Virus record (IMG/VR): IMGVR_UViG_3300031547_000001
Length of the DNA stretch: 64,000 bases
Origin: an uncultured virus (IMG/VR IMGVR_UViG_3300031547_000001)
Taxonomy: Duplodnaviria; Heunggongvirae; Uroviricota; Caudoviricetes
Direction: 5' to 3' (one strand)
This document shows positions 37,508 to 44,444 of the stretch, in pieces (within the stretch, counting starts at the first letter, position 1; each line of letters starts with the position of its first letter). A program made the position numbers and the translations under genes. The notes beneath the pieces were generated by a model that saw only the letters and a list, made by a program, of their open reading frames with translations, ran no database searches and was not told where the DNA came from.

Positions 37508-37748
37508 TGGTCTCCTCGCTGATGTCGAACTGGATGACGACGGGCTTGTCGAACGCGACCTGGCTCACGCCGTTCTCGTCGCTCCGGATCCGGGCGACCT
37601 TACGGAGCCCCGACAGGAGGATGTAGTCGGACGCGCACAGCAGGTCCTCGAACTCGACGTCCATCATGTAGCCATCGTCGCCCAGGATCTTGCCACCGAA
37701 GTGGACGCAGTTGCGCTCCACCGTCGCCTTGATGCTGGCACCGCTCAT
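37500..37748 (-). CDS. hypothetical protein
   Basis: RBS AAGGAG after HH5. Confidence 0.65.
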   Translation of the reverse strand: MSGASIKATVERNCVHFGGKILGDDGYMMDVEFEDLLCASDYILLSGLRKVARIRSDENGVSQVAFDKPVVIQFDISEETNA

Positions 37749-37762
37749 AGCTCTCCTTCTCG

Positions 37763-37827
37763 GGACTCCTCAGCACAGCCTCTTAGCTGCGGACCATCGG
37801 GCCCTTGGAGGGCCCTAGGTTTCGTCC
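37763..37827 (-). ncRNA. hammerhead ribozyme type II (HH5)
   Basis: GGAC-GAAA-CC..GGGCCC/GGGCCC..GG-UC^-CGCAGC/GCUGUG-CUGAGGA-GUCC; cleavage 37792/37791. Confidence 0.92.
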
Positions 37828-37835
37828 TTACGGCC

Positions 37836-38468
37836 TTACGCGCCGAACTCAGCCCGGCGCATGACCGACTTGATGCCGTGGCTCTTGACGAGCTCCGTCG
37901 CCCGCTGGAAGCACGCCTCCTCGTCGAGCGGGTCGATGACCTCCAGGCGCTCCGTGTCGACCGTGGCCGGGTAGCGGAAGCCCTCCATGTTGTCGACCTT
38001 GAACACGCCCACCTTGCCGTAGCGGTTGAAGTCGGAGGGCTTGATCGCCTCGATGACGCCCTCGCACCCGACGTACCGGCCCTTGGTCGTCTTGGACTTG
38101 ACGCGCTTCCCGTAGGAGGGCGTGCTCCACTCGCGGATGTACTGCTCGGTCAGGTTGGCGATCATGATCGCCTCAGCCGCCGCGATGACCTCGGGGGTTG
38201 CGTCGATGGCGCAGTGGTTGTGGTAGGTCCAGCCACGAGTCGTCGCGTACTGGACGACCTTGACCTTGCCCTCTTCCTTGTCGAGGACGATCGCCATGAA
38301 GTCGCTGTCGTCGTACATGTTGCGCTCGAAGGTGTCGATGACGCAGTCGACATAGGTGACCTCGTGGGCCTGCTCGACGTGCGCCTGGAACAGGCCGTTC
38401 TGCTCGCTGTACGAGTTGGGGTTGTAGCCCTCCGGCAGGTTGGGGTTGATGCACGTGATGATGGGCAC
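37836..38468 (-). CDS. hypothetical protein
   Basis: GTG after AGGAGG; GC3-biased codons. Confidence 0.7.
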   Translation of the reverse strand: MPIITCINPNLPEGYNPNSYSEQNGLFQAHVEQAHEVTYVDCVIDTFERNMYDDSDFMAIVLDKEEGKVKVVQYATTRGWTYHNHCAIDATPEVIAAAEAIMIANLTEQYIREWSTPSYGKRVKSKTTKGRYVGCEGVIEAIKPSDFNRYGKVGVFKVDNMEGFRYPATVDTERLEVIDPLDEEACFQRATELVKSHGIKSVMRRAEFGA

Positions 38469-38481
38469 GGGATCCTCCTGG

Positions 38482-38548
38482 GGACTCTTCAGCAGCGCCT
38501 CTGTAGCGCCGGACCGTCGCCCCGGTTGCCCGGGGCTAGGTTTCGTCC
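38482..38548 (-). ncRNA. hammerhead ribozyme type II (HH6)
   Basis: GGAC-GAAA-CC..GCCCCGG-GCAA-CCGGGGC..GG-UC^-CGGCGC/GCGCUG-CUGAAGA-GUCC; cleavage 38512/38511. Confidence 0.92.
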
Positions 38549-38551
38549 TGG

Positions 38552-38794
38552 TTACTTCTCCATGCTCTGGCCGATGAGGCACCAGGCGCACTCTTCGGAG
38601 AGCTCGGGGAACTCCCGCTTGATCTGCACGAAGAGCTTCTGCGCCTCCGCGTCCTGCTCCGCCCATGCCGGCATGCAGCCGGGCAGCGGGATGGGCTGGC
38701 CCAGCGAGAGGGCCATCGCGTCGAAGTCGGCCGCCAGCATCAGCGTCGCGTCGTCGGCGGGCTTGTCGGTGATGACCTGGGCTACCGCGTACAT
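38552..38794 (-). CDS. hypothetical protein
   Basis: RBS AGGAGG after HH7; stop 3 nt before HH6. Confidence 0.65.
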   Translation of the reverse strand: MYAVAQVITDKPADDATLMLAADFDAMALSLGQPIPLPGCMPAWAEQDAEAQKLFVQIKREFPELSEECAWCLIGQSMEK

Positions 38795-38805
38795 GCTTCC
38801 TCCTG

Positions 38806-38879
38806 GAGCTCCTCAGCAGCGCCGTTCAGCGCCGGACGGCCGGAGCCCCGCTGGCTGCGGGGCCCGGACCGTTTCGCTC
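38806..38879 (-). ncRNA. hammerhead ribozyme type II (HH7)
   Basis: GAGC-GAAA-CGG..GCCCCGC/GCGGGGC..CCG-UC^-CGGCGC/GCGCUG-CUGAGGA-GCUC; cleavage 38835/38834. Confidence 0.92.
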
Positions 38880-39010
38880 TACTGCTTCGGCGGGTTCGCG
38901 ACCTCGACTACAGCCGCGTCCTCGCCCCACCCGGCCTGTGCGGCGGGCAGATCAGCCGGAAGCTGGATGACCTCGGCGTCGTTCCCGAGGTGCTGCTCGT
39001 TCTCGGCCAT
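38879..39010 (-). CDS. 43-aa acidic peptide
   Basis: MAENEQHLGNDAEVIQLP...; RBS AAGGAG; exactly fills the gap between HH8 and HH7. Confidence 0.6.
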   Translation of the reverse strand: MAENEQHLGNDAEVIQLPADLPAAQAGWGEDAAVVEVANPPKQ

Positions 39011-39022
39011 GTTCTCTCCTTG

Positions 39023-39088
39023 AGACTCTTCAGGACCGCCGTTCAGCGGCCGACCCTCGGGGCTTGTGCAGCCCCTCGGGTTTCGTCT
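39023..39088 (-). ncRNA. hammerhead ribozyme type II (HH8)
   Basis: AGAC-GAAA-CCC..GGGGCU/AGCCCC..GGG-UC^-GGCCGC/GCGGUC-CUGAAGA-GUCU; cleavage 39052/39051. Confidence 0.92.
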
Positions 39089-39098
39089 TAGTTGGTTT

Positions 39099-39303
39099 CG
39101 CGAGGCGCCTTGCCCCGCGCTTCGGCGTTACCGCCTACCGGTTTTGTGGAGGTCCGGTGCCTGTCTAGAGTCAGCGGCCCTTGCGGGGCGCGATCGCAGC
39201 CGTCTCTCTTGGCTGTCCTACCGGGGCTCGCGGTCTTCGGGCGGATCCTCGACCGTCGGCTGGAGTCGCCGTCCCGGGAGTTCCTGTCCTGCCCTCTCGC
39301 TTA
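39099..39303 (-). ncRNA. structured leader RNA, copy A (homologous to 35859-36062)
   Basis: Collinear conserved blocks; lies between a promoter and HH8. Confidence 0.6.
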
Positions 39304-39341
39304 CAGGTAGAACTTTACTCCATGTCGACAGAAACGCAAAA
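39298..39341 (-). promoter_or_regulatory. phage promoter copy
   Basis: TTGCGT...TAAAGT-TCTACCTGTAAGCG. Confidence 0.7.
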
Positions 39342-39346
39342 CAGCT

Positions 39347-39433
39347 CCTACCTGGTCAAACGCGCGTTTGCCCTGGTAGGGGGCTTGCAAAGTTTCTTGA
39401 AGTTTTTTCCGGAAGTGCGAATGCCCTGGTAGG
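39347..39433. repeat. upstream module with three GC(C/G)C(T/A)GGTAG-type half-sites
   Basis: CCTACCTGGTCAAA, TTTGCCCTGGTAGG and AATGCCCTGGTAGG; same layout as 36106-36196. Confidence 0.7.
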
Positions 39434-39598
39434 CGGCTTGCGGCCCTACGCGCTCGCGTAAGGGGCTAGGGAGCGCCCGATGGGCCAGGGGCCCGGACTG
39501 CCGGCATGCGGCCGTTACGCGGCCACGTAGCCCGGCGCACGACCCCGGAACGCAGGACAGCCCCGGCTGGTAGGCCGGGGCTGTCGGAGCGGGGCTGG

Positions 39599-40225
39599 TC
39601 AGTCGTTCAGGCGACCGGCGCAGGGCAGGGTGTTGTAGGCCATGTAGTTCTCCTTGACCGAGTCCTCGCCGAACTCCTCCGGGGAGTAGATGTGGGCGGT
39701 GATCTCGGTGTGGGAGTGAGCCATCAGGGTCTCCTTGGAGTAGCCCTGCTTGCGGGTCTTCTTCTTGAGGTCGGCGCACCCGAAGGCGTGGACCTCGGGC
39801 TCGCCCATCCCGCCGTAGACGAGGGTCAGCTTGACCGGGGTCGTGTCGATCTCCTGCTCGGCGACAGCGGCCTTGACCTCGGCCTCGTCGTCGCTGAGGG
39901 CCTGGTCGGCCTCGGAGTCGTACTCCTCGGTCGCCGCGACCTTGCCGGTCAGCTTGGCGAGCTCGGCCTCCAGCTTGGCCTTCTTGCGGGCCGCGCTGGC
40001 CTTCTTGGTGGCGGCTGCAGCGGCCTTCTTGGCGGCCAGGACGGCCTGGTTCTCGGGGGAGGCCTGGAAGTCCATCCGGAAGATCACGGCGAGCTGGACG
40101 GTCTTGAGGTCGGGCTTGATGCCGGTCTCGGCCTCGATCCACTCGGCGAAGTGGCGGTGGAGCTCGGTCGGCTCGACAGCTGCGCGCTCGGCGATGGTCT
40201 TCGCGGTGGCGGTGGTCTTGTTCAT
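39599..40225 (-). CDS. PTELH-family protein, paralogue 3
   Basis: Shared N-terminal motif; extra C-terminal H...C..L domain; RBS GAGGAG. Confidence 0.8.
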   Translation of the reverse strand: MNKTTATAKTIAERAAVEPTELHRHFAEWIEAETGIKPDLKTVQLAVIFRMDFQASPENQAVLAAKKAAAAATKKASAARKKAKLEAELAKLTGKVAATEEYDSEADQALSDDEAEVKAAVAEQEIDTTPVKLTLVYGGMGEPEVHAFGCADLKKKTRKQGYSKETLMAHSHTEITAHIYSPEEFGEDSVKENYMAYNTLPCAGRLND

Positions 40226-40324
40226 CGTGATCTCCTCGGTGGTGTTCCCTCTTGCTTACAGAGAGAACTCTACGCCAGTCCAGTCCAGTTGGCTACCTCC
40301 AACCGCGACTTTCTTGAAGATTCT

Positions 40325-40597
40325 TTACGCGATGCCGAGGAGGTCGGCCCACGCCTCCAGCTCGACGTCCGTCATCCAGTTGATCCGCTGCTGGTCGAAG
40401 GGCGACACGGCCACCTCGGCCAGGAGGCCCATCCGGATCTGCGCCTGGCGGCTGCGGGGACCGGCCGTGAGGGCGACGGCGTCGCGCAGGAGCTCCGTGT
40501 GACCGAGCAGCGCACCGCCCTTGTCGAAGGCCGAGTAGGACCGGTTGCCGCCGATGACGTAGCCCTTGGCGTACTCGCGACGCTTGAACATCTGCAC
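40325..40597 (-). CDS. early hypothetical protein
   Basis: Own promoter; RBS AGGGAG. Confidence 0.65.
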   Translation of the reverse strand: MQMFKRREYAKGYVIGGNRSYSAFDKGGALLGHTELLRDAVALTAGPRSRQAQIRMGLLAEVAVSPFDQQRINWMTDVELEAWADLLGIA

Positions 40598-40680
40598 TCC
40601 CTGGTGTTGGTCTCGCTTACAAGAAGAACTCTACTCCATTCGGGGTGGAGGCGCTACCCTCCACCCCGACCTATTTCGGA

Positions 40681-40947
40681 TCAGGCGAGCGGGGCCAGCA
40701 GCTCGGCCCAGTCCTCCAGCTCGATGGCGCCCATCTCGTTGACCTTGGCGACCTCCATCGGGGTCTCGAGGGCGAACTCCCGGATCAGCGCCCGGCGGAT
40801 CGCACCCTCGTAGGTGCCGACCTCGTCGGCGTCCTCGGCGCGGTCCCAGTCGTTGGTCCGGACCTGCAGCGCGCCATCGGCGGTGAAGACCGAGTAGCAG
40901 CCGAGGTTCGAGGTGATGAAGCCGTTGGTGGTGTCGATGCGGGCCAT
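40681..40947 (-). CDS. early hypothetical protein
   Basis: Own promoter; RBS GAGGAGG. Confidence 0.7.
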   Translation of the reverse strand: MARIDTTNGFITSNLGCYSVFTADGALQVRTNDWDRAEDADEVGTYEGAIRRALIREFALETPMEVAKVNEMGAIELEDWAELLAPLA

Positions 40948-41071
40948 GGAGTCCTCCTCGTTGGTGTTCCTGCCGTCCTTACAAGAAGAACTCTACCCTG
41001 TGGAGGTGCAGAAGGCAAGCAATTGCAGTGACCAATTCTTTGGGGGCGTAGGCGCCCGACTGCAGGCCACG

Positions 41072-41088
41072 GCATAGGTTAAAGCCCA
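41072..41088. repeat. 17-bp repeat, copy 1 of 3
   Basis: GCATAGGTTAAAGCCCA, also at 42817-42833 and 43612-43628. Confidence 0.85.
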
Positions 41089-41170
41089 GCTGTGTGCAGT
41101 CGCTCGTTACACGGCCGTGCACATGCCGGCAGCCCGCCTCCTCCAGGGAGACGGGCTGCGGTCGGCTGGG

Positions 41171-41443
41171 CTACTTCGAGTCGGTCTGGATCAGGTGGGC
41201 CAGGTTGAGGTCCATCGAGTCGGGGTAGGTCATGTCGATCTCGACCATGTCGTACCGGGCGAGGGCCTTGGGGTTGAGGCGGACCCAGTAGGCGTAGAAG
41301 GTGCCGCGCCCCTCCTCGTCCTCGCCCTCCTCGAAGATCTCGACCCAGGCGCCGATCACGCGGCCGGAGGAGATGTTGGCGTCGACCTCGCAGGACTCGC
41401 GGACCAGGTGGACGAGGAGCTGGGGGTCGGTGATCTCGCTCAT
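41171..41443 (-). CDS. early hypothetical protein
   Basis: Own promoter; RBS AAGGAG. Confidence 0.7.
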   Translation of the reverse strand: MSEITDPQLLVHLVRESCEVDANISSGRVIGAWVEIFEEGEDEEGRGTFYAYWVRLNPKALARYDMVEIDMTYPDSMDLNLAHLIQTDSK

Positions 41444-41571
41444 TTGGACTCCTTAGTGGTGTTCCCTGTCTTACGAGAGTAACTCTACTCCACCTGCAAC
41501 CGTATGGCTACCCTCCAGTGCAACTATTTTGCAGCCGGAGGGGCGGGCCCCGGAGGACCCGCCCGGCCAGA

Positions 41572-41874
41572 CTAGGAGCGGTAGGCGCACGCGGCGCACG
41601 AGGCGCCGAAGCCAACCACCGGCGCGCAGTCGGCGCCACAGCCGACCCCGGCGACCCAGGGGCGGAGGTGGGAGGCGGGGACGACATCGGATGCGACCCG
41701 ACGCCAGTTAAGGTCGAACCAGTGGCAGCCGACCCGGCCGCCGTTTACCGACTGGACCACACCGATAAGGCCCCGGCAGCCGACGGAGGCGTAGGACCAA
41801 CCAGCGCGGGTAAACGAGGTACCCGGGACGTAGACGAGCGAGCCGATGGCGGGGAGAACGGGCAGACCGGACAT
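41572..41874 (-). CDS. early hypothetical protein
   Basis: Own promoter; RBS AAGGAG; less typical codon use. Confidence 0.55.
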   Translation of the reverse strand: MSGLPVLPAIGSLVYVPGTSFTRAGWSYASVGCRGLIGVVQSVNGGRVGCHWFDLNWRRVASDVVPASHLRPWVAGVGCGADCAPVVGFGASCAACAYRS

Positions 41875-41953
41875 TTGGACTCCTTGGTGTTGGGCTTACG
41901 AGTAGAACTCTACTCCACTGGAGGGCAGTTGGCTACCCTCCAGTGGAGATTGT

Positions 41954-42106
41954 TTACAGCGGGTTGCCCTCCGGGTCGTGCAGGTGACGGGACAGGATGG
42001 TCAGCTCGTCGATGACGGCCTGCCGCCGGTTGGTCGCCTGCTCGATCTGGTACAGCGTCTCGGAGTCGGTCGACTGGTCCGGGTTGGTGTTGTCCTCGTT
42101 GTTCAT
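41954..42106 (-). CDS. 50-aa protein, probably leaderless
   Basis: ATG 6 nt after the -10 box TAGACT; no RBS. Confidence 0.5.
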   Translation of the reverse strand: MNNEDNTNPDQSTDSETLYQIEQATNRRQAVIDELTILSRHLHDPEGNPL

Positions 42107-42248
42107 AGGTAGAGTCTACCTCAACTCCAGTTGCAGCGCTACCCCTTGTCGAGAATCAGTACGTGGCCGTGTAAGGGCCTGCGGACGCGCGAGAGGCCAC
42201 GGGTACCGGGTTGGTACCGCGCGGCCTCGTAGTGGGCGAGGAGACGGC

Positions 42249-42512
42249 CTACTGGCCGTACTCGCAGTGCTCGCAGTAGATGCGCTCGCAGTCCCAGCAG
42301 TGCTTGTCGAGCGGATAGTCGTGCTCCTCGCACATCCCGTAGTCCGTCTTCGGCCCGCACAGCTCGACCGACAGGACCTCGACCTCCTTGTCCGGCCACT
42401 TCATCTGGACGTCGACCCGCGCGTTGTCCTCGGACGTCGCCTTGACGAGCGTCTGCGACCAGCTCTCCCATCCCCGGATCTGGATCTTGACGAGGTACTG
42501 CGACCAGCTCAT
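42249..42512 (-). CDS. early protein with C-terminal Cys cluster
   Basis: RBS AAGGAG; CEEH...HCWDCERIYCEHC. Confidence 0.65.
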   Translation of the reverse strand: MSWSQYLVKIQIRGWESWSQTLVKATSEDNARVDVQMKWPDKEVEVLSVELCGPKTDYGMCEEHDYPLDKHCWDCERIYCEHCEYGQ

Positions 42513-42573
42513 GGCGTGCTCCTTGTTGGTGTTGGGGCGGAGGGGCCACCCTGGTTGGGGTGGCCCCGGGGTC

Positions 42574-42708
42574 CTACTCGGTGGGCTGGGACAGGGTCTC
42601 CGGCCGCATCGGCTCGGTGGTCGCCTGGACCCAGATGACCTCCGGCTGAGCCGGGGTCTCGTCGCACCAGGGCTCGGCGTCGAAGTCGGGGTTCGGGGTA
42701 CCGGGCAT
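42574..42708 (-). CDS. small acidic peptide
   Basis: MPGTPNPDFDAEPWC...; RBS GAGGAGG; own promoter. Confidence 0.5.
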   Translation of the reverse strand: MPGTPNPDFDAEPWCDETPAQPEVIWVQATTEPMRPETLSQPTE

Positions 42709-42816
42709 CTCATCCTCCTCGTTGTCGATAGGACAACTCTACCTCATGGACATGGAGTTGGCTACCCTCCACAGCGACCAATTGTATGGCCGTCTGCCGG
42801 CATGGCGTGTGCAGGT

Positions 42817-42833
42817 GCATAGGTTAAAGCCCA
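42817..42833. repeat. 17-bp repeat, copy 2 of 3
   Basis: GCATAGGTTAAAGCCCA. Confidence 0.85.
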
Positions 42834-42890
42834 GCCATGTGCACCGTGTGGAGGGGCGGCCTCCTAGGAGGCCGCCCGGGGTCGTGTGGA

Positions 42891-43121
42891 CTAGAAGGAG
42901 AAGCCGACCCAGTAGGTCGCGGAGCAGGCGCCCCACGAGACGCCCTCGGCCCCGTTGGCCTTGGCCCAGTTGGCGACCTCGACCAGCGTGTCGGCGTTGT
43001 TGGCCACGGTGAAGGTGTTGAGGACCTCGGTGGAGCTGGAGTAGCCCTGCTTGACGATGACCGAGGCGCGCTTGCGACGGTCGGCGGGGCAACGGACCTC
43101 GAAGCGGGTCTGCTTGTTCAT
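42891..43121 (-). CDS. early hypothetical protein
   Basis: Own promoter; RBS AGGAGG. Confidence 0.7.
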   Translation of the reverse strand: MNKQTRFEVRCPADRRKRASVIVKQGYSSSTEVLNTFTVANNADTLVEVANWAKANGAEGVSWGACSATYWVGFSF

Positions 43122-43225
43122 GGGATCCTCCTGGTTGGTGTTCCTGCTTACAAGAGTAACTCTACCTCATGGAGGTGGAGAAGGCAAGCCCGGGGCCGGT
43201 CCAGTTTTGGACCGGCCCCGAGGGG

Positions 43226-43483
43226 TCAGGCGAGCCGGGCGGCGATGGCCTTGGCCGGGTCGCGGAACAGGAACTCGGTGGAGGCGTCCACCTGACCGGC
43301 GCGGAGCACGACCGCCTGGACCCGGTCGATGAACTGGGACCGGGTCACCGGCTGGCCCTTGGCGATGGCCTCGACGGTGACGTCCAGCTCGCGGGTCGCG
43401 GCCAGGAGCTTGGCGGAGCGGGTCCGGTTGGCCTCGGCCACGGTCGCGTCGATCAGGTCCTGGATCGCCTTGGTGTTGATCAT
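43226..43483 (-). CDS. early hypothetical protein
   Basis: Own promoter; RBS AAGGAGG. Confidence 0.7.
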   Translation of the reverse strand: MINTKAIQDLIDATVAEANRTRSAKLLAATRELDVTVEAIAKGQPVTRSQFIDRVQAVVLRAGQVDASTEFLFRDPAKAIAARLA

Positions 43484-43611
43484 TTCGTCCTCCTTGGTGT
43501 TCCCTCGCTTACAGTAGTAACTATACTCCAGTTGGAGGTGCACCGCTACCCCTTTCTGCACTTTTCTTGGATCGGATCTTTGGGGCCTAGCGGGCGTGCC
43601 GGCATGGAGGT

Positions 43612-43628
43612 GCATAGGTTAAAGCCCA
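43612..43628. repeat. 17-bp repeat, copy 3 of 3
   Basis: GCATAGGTTAAAGCCCA. Confidence 0.85.
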
Positions 43629-43696
43629 CAGGCTGTAGAACGTGGCGTAGGGCCGCTCCCTGGCTCGGGGCGGCCCTACTGGAGGTGGCGCAGCTA

Positions 43697-44056
43697 CTAC
43701 GCTGCACCCTTGCGGTACTCGCCGTACTCCTTGAGACGATCGAGGTCGAGCGCGTTGAGTGCGTCGTACAGGGCCTGCTTCGCCTCGGCCTCGCTGCCCT
43801 CGGTGCCCTTGACGAGGCCGGTCTTGACGAGCCGGTAGTCGTGCTCGAAGCGGAGCAGCGCCTCGTAGGGCTCCATGGCCTTGACGACCGCCTCGCAGGC
43901 CTCGCCGAGCTCCGGGGTCGTGCGGTACGCCACGAGGAAGCTCTGGGCCAGGTAGACGGTGAAGCGACCCGCGACGATGTCGTCGAGGCGAGCGAGCTCC
44001 TCGGTGCCCATCTCGGGCAGGAGGGCCTTGAGGTTCTCGATCGCGTTGTTCAGCAC
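43697..44056 (-). CDS. early hypothetical protein
   Basis: Own promoter; RBS AAGGAG. Confidence 0.7.
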   Translation of the reverse strand: MLNNAIENLKALLPEMGTEELARLDDIVAGRFTVYLAQSFLVAYRTTPELGEACEAVVKAMEPYEALLRFEHDYRLVKTGLVKGTEGSEAEAKQALYDALNALDLDRLKEYGEYRKGAA

Positions 44057-44186
44057 TTGGGGCTCCTTCGTGTTGTGGTTACGAGTAGAACTCTACCCTG
44101 TGGACGTCGAGGTGGCTACCCCTCTCCACAAGATTGTTTCGGCGGAGGGGCGCCCCCACCCGCGAGGGGCAGGGGCGCCGGACCGA

Positions 44187-44444
44187 CTAGAGGTCGAAGG
44201 GGAGGACTTCCAGGTCGGAGGCCAGCCAGGCGTCCAGGTAGGCGTCGGTGGGGGCGGAGCCGTCCGACGGGTCGGGGGCGTCCACGACCTCGTAGGAGTC
44301 CCCGGCCGGGCGGGCCCAGAACATGAAGCCCGCGCCCGGGATGGCTTCGTAGAACTCGACCCACGACCCGGCAGTGCGGCCGGTGGGCTGGGTGGTACCG
44401 GGGACCTCGTCCCCAGCGGCGACGAGAGCGGCGAGCTTGTCCAT
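44187..44444 (-). CDS. early hypothetical protein
   Basis: Own promoter; RBS AAGGAG. Confidence 0.65.
   Translation of the reverse strand: MDKLAALVAAGDEVPGTTQPTGRTAGSWVEFYEAIPGAGFMFWARPAGDSYEVVDAPDPSDGSAPTDAYLDAWLASDLEVLPFDL

Noticed and set aside
34637..38666. ORF-track N-terminal extensions (34637-35119, 35222-35749, 36256-36693, 37836-38666)
   Set aside because: They run into ribozyme sequences; better starts with a clear RBS lie just downstream of each ribozyme
33748..39088. The repeated CTCCTCAGCA...TTTCG elements read as a CRISPR array, terminators or DNA operators
   Set aside because: They are separated by whole genes, only the hammerhead core nucleotides are conserved, and the stems covary, which fits an RNA catalytic fold
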